Shown here piece after piece: positions 54,394 to 64,000 of a stretch of 64,000 nt of DNA (position 1 is its first letter; every line of letters starts with the position of its first letter). The translations under genes and the position numbers were made by a program. Source of the stretch: Microcystaceae cyanobacterium (lineage in GTDB: Bacteria; Cyanobacteriota; Cyanobacteriia; Cyanobacteriales; Microcystaceae); the NCBI GenBank assembly GCA_041746575.1, contig JBGTGT010000133.1, positions 1 through 64,000 on the forward strand, read 5' to 3'. The notes under the pieces were generated by a model that was not told the origin of the DNA, searched no databases, and saw only the letters and a list, made by a program, of their open reading frames with translations.

Positions 54394-55314
54394 ATGTTAG
54401 AGAGTCATCAAATCAAGGAACAAGCCAGAGAAATAGGCTTTCATCTGATAGGAATTGCCTCACTTGAATCTCAGGAACAAGATAACGCTGTTAATCACTT
54501 AAAAACTTGGTTAAATAAAGGATATCAAGCTGATATGGCGTGGATGAGCGATCCTCGTCGTCAAGAGATTTGTCAAGTCATGCCGGATGTGCAATCCGTG
54601 ATCTCGGTAGGGTTAAATTATTACACCCCTCATCAACAGCCGCAAGAGGCGGAATACGCTAAAATTTCCCGTTACGGATGGGGCAGAGACTACCATCGAG
54701 TAATGACGAAAAAATTGAAAGCTCTCAATCGATGGTTGCAAGCACAAGATACGCAGATTAAAACGCGTTATTACGTAGATACGGGGTCAATTCAGGATAA
54801 AGCATGGGCGCAACGCTCTGGATTGGGCTGGATTGGCAAAAATAGTAATGTGATTAGTCGTCATTATGGCAGTTGGTTGTTTTTAGGTGAAATTCTGATT
54901 AATATCCCGCTAATCCCCGATAAACCCCATAGCGATCATTGTGGTACTTGTACCCGTTGTTTAGATGCTTGTCCAACGAAGGCAATTCCTCAACCTTATT
55001 TTGTGGATGCTAATCGCTGTATTGCTTATCATACCATCGAAAATCGCTCAGAAACTTTGCCAGAAGACCTAATTTCCCACTTTAACGGCTGGGTGGCTGG
55101 ATGCGATATTTGTCAAGAGGTGTGTCCTTGGAATCAACGCTTTGCTAAAGAGACGGATATTAAAGATTTTCAGCCCTATCCCTCCAATATTAAGGTCAAA
55201 CTCAGGGAATTAGCCCAGATTTCCGATGAAGAATGGGATCAACGCTTTCGGGGGTCGGCACTTCGACGGATTAAACCGTCTATGTTGAGACGTAATGCTT
55301 CTGCTAATTTATAG
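54394..55314 (+). CDS. queG: Epoxyqueuosine reductase
   Basis: ISRYGWGRDYH, VDTG, GLGWIGKN, CGTCTRCLDACPT and GCDICQEVCPWN motifs. Confidence 0.96.
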   Translation: MLESHQIKEQAREIGFHLIGIASLESQEQDNAVNHLKTWLNKGYQADMAWMSDPRRQEICQVMPDVQSVISVGLNYYTPHQQPQEAEYAKISRYGWGRDYHRVMTKKLKALNRWLQAQDTQIKTRYYVDTGSIQDKAWAQRSGLGWIGKNSNVISRHYGSWLFLGEILINIPLIPDKPHSDHCGTCTRCLDACPTKAIPQPYFVDANRCIAYHTIENRSETLPEDLISHFNGWVAGCDICQEVCPWNQRFAKETDIKDFQPYPSNIKVKLRELAQISDEEWDQRFRGSALRRIKPSMLRRNASANL

Positions 55315-55356
55315 TATATTAAAGATAGATAAAATTGGTCACAATTTAACTTTCCC

Positions 55357-56019
55357 ATGGTTTTAAAAGTCATTGTCTTTGATTTCGATGGCACAATTGC
55401 AGATACTTATGATGCGTTTGTTGAAATTGTTAATGAACTATCAGGAGAGTTTGGCTATCGACCTGTTGGACTTAACGATTTAGAACGATTAAAAAATCTT
55501 AGTTCAAGAGAAATTGTCAGAGAATCTAATATTTCTCTAATCAAAATTCCCTTCATTCTCAAAAGAGTCAAAACTGAATTAAATAAAAGGGTCAAGAAAC
55601 TAACCCCCATTGAGGGAATTCAATCCTGTCTTATTTTCTTAAAAGAAAAGGGCTATCATTTAGGAATTATTACTTCAAATAGCAAAGAAAATGTCACTGC
55701 TTTTTTGGAAAAAAATAAATTAGCAGAAACCTTTGATTTTATTTGCTCTGGAACAACTTTATTTGGTAAACATAAGATTATCAATCAAGTCTTGAAAAAG
55801 GGTAAGCTTCAGCCCAGTGAATTAATTTATATTGGCGACGAAACCCGTGATATTCAATCTGCTCAAAAAAGTAAAATTCAGGTGATAGCCGTAGGTTGGG
55901 GCTTTAATTCTCCTGAAGTTTTAGCCAGATATCAACCTGATTTTTTAGCGAAAACACCTCAAGATTTAATCATAATTGTTCAACAATTAGAGAGCAATAT
56001 GCAACCCGTTTTATCCTAA
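55357..56019 (+). CDS. HAD-IA family hydrolase (phosphoglycolate phosphatase-like)
   Basis: FDFDGTIAD, ITSN, YIGDETRDI and WGFN motifs. Confidence 0.92.
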   Translation: MVLKVIVFDFDGTIADTYDAFVEIVNELSGEFGYRPVGLNDLERLKNLSSREIVRESNISLIKIPFILKRVKTELNKRVKKLTPIEGIQSCLIFLKEKGYHLGIITSNSKENVTAFLEKNKLAETFDFICSGTTLFGKHKIINQVLKKGKLQPSELIYIGDETRDIQSAQKSKIQVIAVGWGFNSPEVLARYQPDFLAKTPQDLIIIVQQLESNMQPVLS

Positions 56020-56086
56020 AATTAATCTAAGTATTAGAATAGAAAAATTCAAATGTAACTCAGCTTATTATTATCGTGTAATTTCC

Positions 56087-56606
56087 ATGAATGATTTAAC
56101 TTACTACACCTTAATGGCGAATTATAATCAATGGATGAATCAAAAGCTCTATGGGGTGTGTGACCAAATTTCCGATCAAGAGAGAAAGTCCGACAGAGGG
56201 GCTTTTTTTCGCTCAATTCACGGAACTTTAAATCATTTACTCTACGGTGATAAAGCTTGGATGGGGCGTTTTACTGAACAACCTTTCTACGTTCCAAATT
56301 GGGGACAAATGATGTACGACGATTTTGAATTGCTAAAACAAGAACGCCAAAAAGTTGACCAACAAATGATTGAATGGACTAACAACCTTAACTTCTGAAT
56401 GGTTAGAGCAGTTGTTTTCTTATACTAGCAACGTCGATCAAAAAACTCGTCTCCTACCGACATGGATTCTCGTTACTCATCTGTTTAACCATCAAACCCA
56501 TCATCGTGGACAGCTAACAACGCTACTCACCCAACTCGGTTACGATATAGGGGTGACTGATATTCCTTGGTTACCGACGCTACAGGGCGAAGAAGCTCAA
56601 TATTAA
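56087..56606 (+). pseudogene. DinB family protein, split by a 1-nt frameshift
   Basis: YNQWMN..LY...FF.SIHGTLNHL (ORF 56087-56398) and HLFNHQTHHRGQLTTLL.QLG (ORF 56370-56606) are the two halves. The 520-nt span is 3n+1. Confidence 0.85.
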
Positions 56607-56866
56607 TATCTCTGCTCCGTTTCAAGCTGTTGAACGGCCACAAAACACTCACCAGGCAGTAAAATAGGATGATTATTAAAAATCAACTGTCCTCGATGAG
56701 TATTGCGATGAATGGCAATGCCAAAGGGACGACGGTTTTGCTTAGAGTGTAGAATACAAAAAGTCCGATAAATACGACGGGCAGACCGTAAAAGGGAAGG
56801 ATCAAGCAGAAGGGGAATTTCTGCTTCGTGGGTCTGCTTCTCAGTTTCATCAGAGACGTTAATCAC
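56603..56866 (-). CDS. Small conserved hypothetical protein
   Basis: 87 aa with the P.LL.SARRIY..F...H....RP.G.AI.R...RGQLIF...PILLP.ECFV pattern. Confidence 0.65.
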   Translation of the reverse strand: MINVSDETEKQTHEAEIPLLLDPSLLRSARRIYRTFCILHSKQNRRPFGIAIHRNTHRGQLIFNNHPILLPGECFVAVQQLETEQRY

Positions 56867-57077
56867 CGTTCTAGCTCCTCAAGTTACAATAATTATCGCT
56901 ATATTATTTTGCTATTTTAATAGACAAATCCTAAAGACGAATAAACAGGATGTTAAGATTCCTCAACTTAAAACCGTTCGTCTATCCTACTCTCGCTCTT
57001 TTATAACGGACGAGAACGGTTGACTCCTGTTATAATTGACAAAAAAGCTGACTGAAATTCGTGTGCCGTTGTGATTT

Positions 57078-58679
57078 ATGAGCAATCAACCTGACCGCAT
57101 CATCATTTTTGATACGACTCTTCGAGATGGAGAACAATCTCCGGGTGCCGCTTTAACCGTTGACGAAAAGCTGACCATCGCTCGCGCACTGGCACGATTA
57201 GGGGTTGATATCATTGAGGCAGGATTCCCTTACGCCAGTCAAGGGGATTTTACGGCGGTTCAGTCCGTTGCCCGTCTGTTTGACACAGAAAATAGCCCTC
57301 GCATTTGTGGTTTAGCCCGCGCCGCCAAAAATGACATCAAACGAGCGGCAGAAGCCTTAGAACCCGCCGCAAAGCCTCGAATCCATACTTTTCTCGCTAC
57401 ATCAGACATTCATCTTGAATATAAACTGAAAAAAAGCCGTGCCGAAGTTCTGCAAATTGTGCCGGAAATGGTGGCTTATGCGAAGTCTTTTGTGGACGAT
57501 GTAGAATTTTCCCCCGAAGACGCAGGACGCAGTGACCCAGAATTCCTTTATCAAATCTTAGAGGCGGCGATTGCGGCAGGAGCAACTACGGTTAATATCC
57601 CCGATACCGTTGGTTATACAACCCCTAGCGAATTTGGGGCGTTAATTGGCGGAATTAAAAAAAATGTGCCTAATATTGACCAAGCGATTATTTCTGTTCA
57701 TGGTCACGATGATTTAGGGTTAGCGGTAGCGAATTTTCTAGAGGCGGTTAAAAATGGGGCGCGTCAACTGGAATGTACCATCAATGGCATCGGTGAAAGG
57801 GCAGGGAATGCGGCCTTAGAAGAACTGGTGATGGCTCTTCATGTGCGTCGTCAATATTTCAACCCCTTTTTGGGTAAATCCGTTGATTCTACTGAACCTT
57901 TAACCAATATTAAAACCAAAGAAATTTATAAAACCTCCCGTCTCGTGTCCAGTTTGACAGGGATGGTGGTGCAACCCAATAAGGCAATCGTTGGGGCAAA
58001 TGCTTTTGCTCACGAATCGGGAATTCACCAAGATGGGGTACTCAAGCACAAGCTAACCTATGAAATTATGGATGCAGAGTCCATCGGGTTAACGAATAAT
58101 CAAATTGTCTTAGGTAAACTGTCGGGGCGCAATGCCTTCCGTACTCGTTTGCAAGAATTGGGCTTTGAACTCTCAGAGACGGAGTTAAATAAAGCTTTCT
58201 TACGCTTTAAGGAAGTAGCAGACAAGAAAAAAGAAATTACTGATTGGGACTTAGAAGCTATCGTTAACGATGAAATTCAACAAGCCCCCGAATTATTCCG
58301 TTTGGAGCTAGTTCAAGTCTCCTGTGGCGATCATGCGTCCCCTACTGCCACCGTAACCCTTCGCACTCCTGAAGGCAACGAATTAACCGATGCGGCAATT
58401 GGGACAGGTCCTGTCGATGCGGTATATAAAGCGATTAATCGGGTGATTAATATCCCCAATGAATTGATTGAATATTCCGTTAAATCCGTCACGGCGGGTA
58501 TTGATGCGATGGGAGAAGTAACCATTCGTCTCCGTCATAATCATCGCACCTATTCCGGTTATTCAGCCAACACAGATATTATTGTGGCTTCTGCGCGAGC
58601 GTATGTTACTGCCTTAAATCGTCTTTATCAGGCGATAGAAACTGAAAAACAAGAACAAAAAACCATTGCTTCGGTTTGA
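57078..58679 (+). CDS. leuA: 2-isopropylmalate synthase
   Basis: [38 protein letters not shown] motifs and the GTGPVDA regulatory domain. Confidence 0.97.
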   Translation: MSNQPDRIIIFDTTLRDGEQSPGAALTVDEKLTIARALARLGVDIIEAGFPYASQGDFTAVQSVARLFDTENSPRICGLARAAKNDIKRAAEALEPAAKPRIHTFLATSDIHLEYKLKKSRAEVLQIVPEMVAYAKSFVDDVEFSPEDAGRSDPEFLYQILEAAIAAGATTVNIPDTVGYTTPSEFGALIGGIKKNVPNIDQAIISVHGHDDLGLAVANFLEAVKNGARQLECTINGIGERAGNAALEELVMALHVRRQYFNPFLGKSVDSTEPLTNIKTKEIYKTSRLVSSLTGMVVQPNKAIVGANAFAHESGIHQDGVLKHKLTYEIMDAESIGLTNNQIVLGKLSGRNAFRTRLQELGFELSETELNKAFLRFKEVADKKKEITDWDLEAIVNDEIQQAPELFRLELVQVSCGDHASPTATVTLRTPEGNELTDAAIGTGPVDAVYKAINRVINIPNELIEYSVKSVTAGIDAMGEVTIRLRHNHRTYSGYSANTDIIVASARAYVTALNRLYQAIETEKQEQKTIASV

Positions 58680-59238
58680 GCTTCATCGGGTGGGTTTTTA
58701 CCCACTCATTGATTGGATTGCTTTTAAGGGCAGGGGATGGGTTGTTTGGTAGTAAACGAGATTAATTTTAGGAGAGCGTGACTTTTAATCCTTAATGAAA
58801 AGGGTAAGTTAACATACATAACTCGTTTGAGAATTTCTGTATATCTTCTTGAAATTAATGCAATGTATAATAATAATTATTTACTTAAGATTTATTAAAC
58901 GCTTCTCTCTGAAACCGGATTGAGAAAACAGCGTTCTCAAGAAAAGATTGCATTCGTCTAAAATTAATCTAGCGATCGCTTACAGCATAACACCTGAGCT
59001 TCGAATTACATTATAATGAGTTAAGTCTCTCAAGATTTTTAGGAAATAGTGAAAGTAAAGTGAGAGGCGAGGTTATGGGTTAAGCAAGATTTAGGAAATT
59101 TACTTTTTCATTTAGAGAACGAAATTGGCGAGGATATTGATAGTTTCCTGAAGTTTACTTCTATTTGGACTAATAAAAGTGGGAAAGATTAGCTTTCGGC
59201 GCAATCTCAATAAATAAGAAATTTTGGTAGAGTATTTT

Positions 59239-59877
59239 ATGATTCAACGTCGACGAAAACGCTCTTTACAAGGCCTAAGAAAGCTGTTATTTTTGGTACT
59301 GACAACAACAGCGTTTATGATTTATCCTGTCCTTGCTCAAATTCAGTATCCCACCGTTGAGCAAAATGGTTTATCTGCCAAACCAGAACTAGAAGAAGGA
59401 AAAGTTATTCTAAACGGGAGTAAGGGACAATATACGGGATATGTAGTTGTGAAAGCAAGTTTACCTTCAATTTGGCAAACTTTGACGGATTATGATAATT
59501 TTGAGAAATATATGCCCAATGTAATTGAAAGCAATCTCTTAGAAAGTCGAGGGAATTACAGAGTTTTTGAACAAGTACAAGTTTTTCGGTTTCTCCTGTT
59601 TTCTCGAAAAGCTAAAGTAAAGATTGTCGTCACTGAAGACTATCCTAAACTCATTAAGTTTAAAGTGATTGAAGGCGAAGTAAAAAAGCTACAAGGTTCG
59701 TGGCAAATTGAACCCATAGATTCTGATACATATTTAATTACTCATCAAGTCAGTGTAGAGCCTGATATTGAATCGAGTTTTAATCAGGATTTGTTCTTTA
59801 CTGTTTACGAAGATACAATCGAAAAAACGTTAGCGGTTATTTATCAAGAATCTGCTAGACGTTCAAACGGGCGTTAA
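59239..59877 (+). CDS. SRPBCC (polyketide cyclase/dehydrase) family protein
   Basis: N-terminal signal/TM; IWQTLTDYDNFEKYMPNVIES and KLQGSWQIEP motifs. Confidence 0.85.
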   Translation: MIQRRRKRSLQGLRKLLFLVLTTTAFMIYPVLAQIQYPTVEQNGLSAKPELEEGKVILNGSKGQYTGYVVVKASLPSIWQTLTDYDNFEKYMPNVIESNLLESRGNYRVFEQVQVFRFLLFSRKAKVKIVVTEDYPKLIKFKVIEGEVKKLQGSWQIEPIDSDTYLITHQVSVEPDIESSFNQDLFFTVYEDTIEKTLAVIYQESARRSNGR

Positions 59878-60361
59878 TTTTTTAACTTTATAAGATTTAT
59901 ATTTATCGTCATTATTTTTCTCTGGATAGAATCATTATAAAGAGCGATCGCATTTCAACCTATCCCCTTCTTCTCCTAGCAATCTTCGTTCAATTCTTTT
60001 AGATTCATTCTCTAATAGCCATAATTTCGCTTCTTCACCCTTATTCTATCTTAGGGTTTAAGCAAAAGAATTAGGTTGGGAAGTACACTCTTTTTTAATT
60101 ATTACCCTGTTTCCTCATCCTAATCAACGCTTGACGTTAAATAGGACAAATATTGCTAGTTTTCACCCTAATAACTTAAATAAAGCTTTTAAAGCTATAC
60201 TATAAAGTAACTTTAACCATTGTCTCTAAACAAAGATTAATTTAACGATACAAACTTTTTATAACTTCTTTTGAACAGTTCTTCGTCGCTAAAACAGACA
60301 AAATGAGCTTATAATTTTCTTGGGCTTTATAAATAAAATTGTTATACTTACAGGAATTTTA

Positions 60362-61084
60362 ATGATTTACCTCCCTAAATTTGGTCGACATTTCTTAATC
60401 ATATTGGGTATCGTACTTTTTCTCCGTTTAATCGGGATGAATCCAGCAATGGCACAAGACGTAGCATTACGGACATTAACGGTAACAGGACAAGGAATTG
60501 AAAGAATTCCCACGACATTAACTCAAGTCCAGCTTGGGGTGGAAATTCAGGGAAAAACAGCAACAGAAGTACAGCAAGAAATCGCTAAACATACCTCAGC
60601 CATTATTGATTTTTTACGCACTCGTCAGGTAGAAAGGCTAGAAACAACTGGAATTCGTTTACAACCTAACTATCAATACGATAATAATCAACGGCAATTA
60701 GTGGGTTATATTGGCGAAAATACGGTTAGTTTTCGTCTTCCAACCGAGAAAGTAGGAGCTTTGTTAGATGAAGCTGTCAAAGCAGGAGCAACTCGCATTG
60801 ATGGGGTGAATTTTACGGCGACTGAAGAGGCGATTTCTGAAGCACAAAAAGAAGCCCTCCGTCAAGCTACGATAGACGCACAGCAACAGGCGGAGGCAGT
60901 TTTAAATGCTTTAAATTTTAAGGCGAAGGAAGTTGTCAGTATTCAAGTCAATGAAGCTAATGTGCCTCAACCAAGAATGATTCAAGCAGAACAACAGTTC
61001 AGAAGTGCTGCTAAAGATAGCACACCCGTCATTGGTGGAGAGCAGAGCGTGAAAGCTTCTATCACTCTGCAAATTAGCTACTAA
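60362..61084 (+). CDS. SIMPL (DUF541) domain protein
   Basis: Signal peptide; TLTVTGQG, LQPNYQY, LLDEAVKAGATRIDGV.F and PVIGGEQSV.ASI motifs. Confidence 0.9.
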   Translation: MIYLPKFGRHFLIILGIVLFLRLIGMNPAMAQDVALRTLTVTGQGIERIPTTLTQVQLGVEIQGKTATEVQQEIAKHTSAIIDFLRTRQVERLETTGIRLQPNYQYDNNQRQLVGYIGENTVSFRLPTEKVGALLDEAVKAGATRIDGVNFTATEEAISEAQKEALRQATIDAQQQAEAVLNALNFKAKEVVSIQVNEANVPQPRMIQAEQQFRSAAKDSTPVIGGEQSVKASITLQISY

Positions 61085-61233
61085 AATTTTTGAGCCGTCA
61101 TACTTAAACAGTAGAAATTCAAGGCACCGTTAAATAGCGATCGCTGATTCTAAAAAACTTCCGTAACTTTGCCCCATCAGTTAGCCTATCCGTCACCATA
61201 GAAGAAGGAAAGCCATAATTATAATTAAGCCCA

Positions 61234-62961
61234 ATGTTACAACACGATGTCATTATTATCGGTGGTGGACTCGCAGGATGTCGCGCCGCCTTAGAAATTA
61301 AACGCCTCAATCCTGATACCGATGTTGCCGTTATCGCCAAAACTCACCCAATTCGCTCTCATTCTGTGGCCGCACAGGGAGGAATGGCCGCTACGCTTAA
61401 GAATGTTGACCCAGAGGACTCATGGCAAGCTCATGCCTTTGATACCGTTAAAGGATCAGATTACTTAGCAGACCAAGATGCTGTAGCCATTTTAACCCAA
61501 GAAGCTCCTGAGGTCATTATTGATCTCGAACACATGGGGGTGTTATTCTCCCGTTTAGAAGATGGAAAGATTGCACAACGTGCTTTTGGAGGGCATTCTC
61601 ACAAACGCACCTGCTATGCCGCCGATAAGACAGGACACGCCATCTTACACGAATTGGTCAGTAATTTACACCGCAATGGGGTACATATTTATGATGAGTG
61701 GTATGTCATGCAGTTAATTCTTGAAGACGGAGAAGCCAAAGGCGTTGTTATGTACCATATTGGTGAGGGACAACTTGAAGTCGTACAAGCAAAGGTGACG
61801 ATGTTTGCCACAGGAGGGTATGGCAGGGTATTTAATACCACCTCTAACGATTTTGCCTCAACAGGGGACGGTTTAGCCATGTCTGCAATGGCAGGTATTC
61901 CTCTCGAAGATATGGAGTTTGTGCAGTTTCATCCGACGGGATTGTATCCAGTTGGTGTATTAATTTCTGAAGCTGTACGGGGAGAGGGTGCTTACTTACG
62001 AAACAGTGAAGGAGAGCGTTTTATGGAGCGGTATGCCCCAAATCAGATGGAATTAGCCCCTCGTGATATTACTTCTCGCGCAATTACCCGTGAAATTCGG
62101 GCAGGAAGAGGCATTAACCCCAATGGAAGTGCAGGGGGGAATTTTGTCTATCTAGATTTAACCCACATGGGAAAAGAGAAGATAATGAGTCGTGTTCCCT
62201 TTTGTTGGGAAGAAGCACACCGTTTAGTCGGGGTAGATGCAGTTATCGAACCGATGCCTGTTCGCCCAACGGCTCACTACTGTATGGGGGGAGTTCCCGT
62301 TACGACGGATGGTAGAGTGCGCCGCAGTGGGGATAAACTGACAGAAGGATTTTTTGCCGCCGGAGAATGCGCCTGTGTATCAGTACATGGTGCGAATCGT
62401 TTAGGGAGCAATTCTTTGTTAGAATGTGTGGTGTATGGTCGTCGCACGGGTGCTAAAATTGCCGAATATGTGAAATATCGTAAGTTTCCTGAAATTGATG
62501 AACAGCAGTATTTAGGCATTGCTAAAATCCATATTCAAAGCCTTTTAGAGCAAAAAGGAAGCATCCGCATTAATGAATTACGGCAACAATTTCAAGATTG
62601 TATGACTAATCATTGTGGCGTTTTTCGGACAGAAGAAGTAATGCAGGAAGGCATCCATCAAATCCAACAATTAAAGGAAAAATACCTACAAATTTATCTT
62701 GATGATAAGTCAACCTGTTGGAATCAAGAGTTAATTGAAGCGATGGAATTACAGAGTATTTTAGTGGTGGGAGAATTAATTTTAACATCTGCGATTAATC
62801 GTCAAGAAAGTCGCGGCGCACACTCAAGAGAAGATTATCCCAATCGTGATGATAGCCAGTTTTTACGGCATACTTTAGCTTACTATTCATCTACGGGAAT
62901 TGATATTCAATATATGCCTGTTGTCGTGAATATGTTCGAACCGAAGGAGCGAAAGTATTAA
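61234..62961 (+). CDS. sdhA: Succinate dehydrogenase/fumarate reductase flavoprotein subunit
   Basis: GGGLAG, RSHSVAAQGG (FAD-His), QFHPTG, HYCMGG, HGANRLGSNSL and ESRGAH motifs. Confidence 0.96.
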   Translation: MLQHDVIIIGGGLAGCRAALEIKRLNPDTDVAVIAKTHPIRSHSVAAQGGMAATLKNVDPEDSWQAHAFDTVKGSDYLADQDAVAILTQEAPEVIIDLEHMGVLFSRLEDGKIAQRAFGGHSHKRTCYAADKTGHAILHELVSNLHRNGVHIYDEWYVMQLILEDGEAKGVVMYHIGEGQLEVVQAKVTMFATGGYGRVFNTTSNDFASTGDGLAMSAMAGIPLEDMEFVQFHPTGLYPVGVLISEAVRGEGAYLRNSEGERFMERYAPNQMELAPRDITSRAITREIRAGRGINPNGSAGGNFVYLDLTHMGKEKIMSRVPFCWEEAHRLVGVDAVIEPMPVRPTAHYCMGGVPVTTDGRVRRSGDKLTEGFFAAGECACVSVHGANRLGSNSLLECVVYGRRTGAKIAEYVKYRKFPEIDEQQYLGIAKIHIQSLLEQKGSIRINELRQQFQDCMTNHCGVFRTEEVMQEGIHQIQQLKEKYLQIYLDDKSTCWNQELIEAMELQSILVVGELILTSAINRQESRGAHSREDYPNRDDSQFLRHTLAYYSSTGIDIQYMPVVVNMFEPKERKY

Positions 62962-63108
62962 AAAATCATAAAATCCTGTTTATGGTTTATTATCTCGTGT
63001 GAGATAACTGCGGCTGTCTATTTTGTTGAAATTATGATAGGATTAGCGTTCTAGACAACACCCAATACAAAATAACAATGTCAGACCCCATTTACTAAAG
63101 TTAAAACA

Positions 63109-64000
63109 ATGGCTCAAGCAAAAAATAAGGCAACTGATAATTATATTCCACCTCAAAATATTGATGCCGAAGAATCTATCTTAGGAGGAATTTTACTGTA
63201 TGAAGATGCAATTGGGAGAGTGATAGATTTAATTGCCATAGATGCCTTTTACGTCCCCAACCATCGCAAAATCTACGAAGCCATTTTACAGTTACATTCT
63301 CAAGGACAACCCACAGATTTCGTGACGATAACCAGTTGGTTAAAAGACCATCATCTCTTAGATGAAATTGGCGGTATGGCAAAATTAACTCAATTGGTTG
63401 ATCGTACAGTATCTGCTGTTAATATTGATCGGTATGCTTTGTTAGTGATGGATAAATATATCCGTCGTCAATTAATTTCATCGGGTCACGAAATTGTCGA
63501 ACTTGGCTATGATACCACCCAAGAATTAGATACCGTTTTAGATGAATCGGAGCAAAAAATCTTTCGTCTGACACAAAAACAACCCCAAGCCGGCTTAATT
63601 CCTATCTCGGAAACTTTAGTTCAAACCTTTAATGAATTAGAGAAGTTATATCAAAAAACAGCAAGTTCGGGGTTAGTTACAGATTTTTATGACATTGACG
63701 CAATGACAGGGGGATTACAACGTGCTGATTTAATTATTATAGCGGGAAGACCTTCAATGGGAAAAACCGCTTTTGGCTTAAGTTTAGGGTTAAGAATTGC
63801 GAAGAAACATGAACTTCCGGTTGCTGTTTTTAGTTTGGAAATGTCCAAAGAGCAACTTGTATTGAGATTATTAGCCAGTGAAGCAAGAATTGATAGTAAC
63901 CGTTTGCGAACAGGTCACTTTTCCCAAAATGAATTAGAGCCGTTAAATAAAGCTATGTCAGAATTAGCTATCCTCCCTATTTCTATTGATGATGCCTCCA
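63109..64000 (+). CDS. dnaB: Replicative DNA helicase, N-terminal part (runs off window end)
   Basis: Not in the ORF track. Manual translation gives MAQAKNKATDNYIPPQNIDAEESILGGILL...GLQRADLIIIAGRPSMGKTAF...FSLEMSKEQL. Confidence 0.97.
   Translation, partial: MAQAKNKATDNYIPPQNIDAEESILGGILLYEDAIGRVIDLIAIDAFYVPNHRKIYEAILQLHSQGQPTDFVTITSWLKDHHLLDEIGGMAKLTQLVDRTVSAVNIDRYALLVMDKYIRRQLISSGHEIVELGYDTTQELDTVLDESEQKIFRLTQKQPQAGLIPISETLVQTFNELEKLYQKTASSGLVTDFYDIDAMTGGLQRADLIIIAGRPSMGKTAFGLSLGLRIAKKHELPVAVFSLEMSKEQLVLRLLASEARIDSNRLRTGHFSQNELEPLNKAMSELAILPISIDDAS

Overview
Chromosomal window from a unicellular cyanobacterium, probably Chroococcales. This is inferred from the many HIP1 octamers (GCGATCGC), psbD/chlI/zds, and rpoB directly followed by rpoC2 with no rpoC1. 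Most of it is housekeeping: psbD (5' part), murJ, zds, glnB, vipp1, recJ, aroA, chlI, ycf29, recF, nadC, tgt, rpsT-tatD-rpoB-rpoC2, queG, leuA, sdhA and dnaB (5' part). There are two small decayed accessory patches. At ~10.0-11.7 kb: a tandemly duplicated promoter/leader, a 250-bp MITE with TIRs and a 6-bp target duplication, and an RTX/FG-GAP pseudogene. At ~44.0-45.7 kb: IS630, TnpB and IS4-like scraps plus an orphan secreted protein. Unannotated non-coding signals include a Yfr2/Cyano-1-like sRNA at ~16.3 kb and a candidate ~165-nt sRNA/small-ORF transcript at ~54.2 kb. Notable proteins are a full-length HisD homologue lacking its catalytic/Zn motifs, a membrane-anchored coiled-coil/BRCT protein after recF, a CPBP protease fused to a possible papain-like domain, and a 1031-aa repeat membrane protein. 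I found no CRISPR array, rRNA, tRNA or intact mobile-element gene. I cannot establish a new multi-gene system from sequence alone; the best leads are listed as findings.
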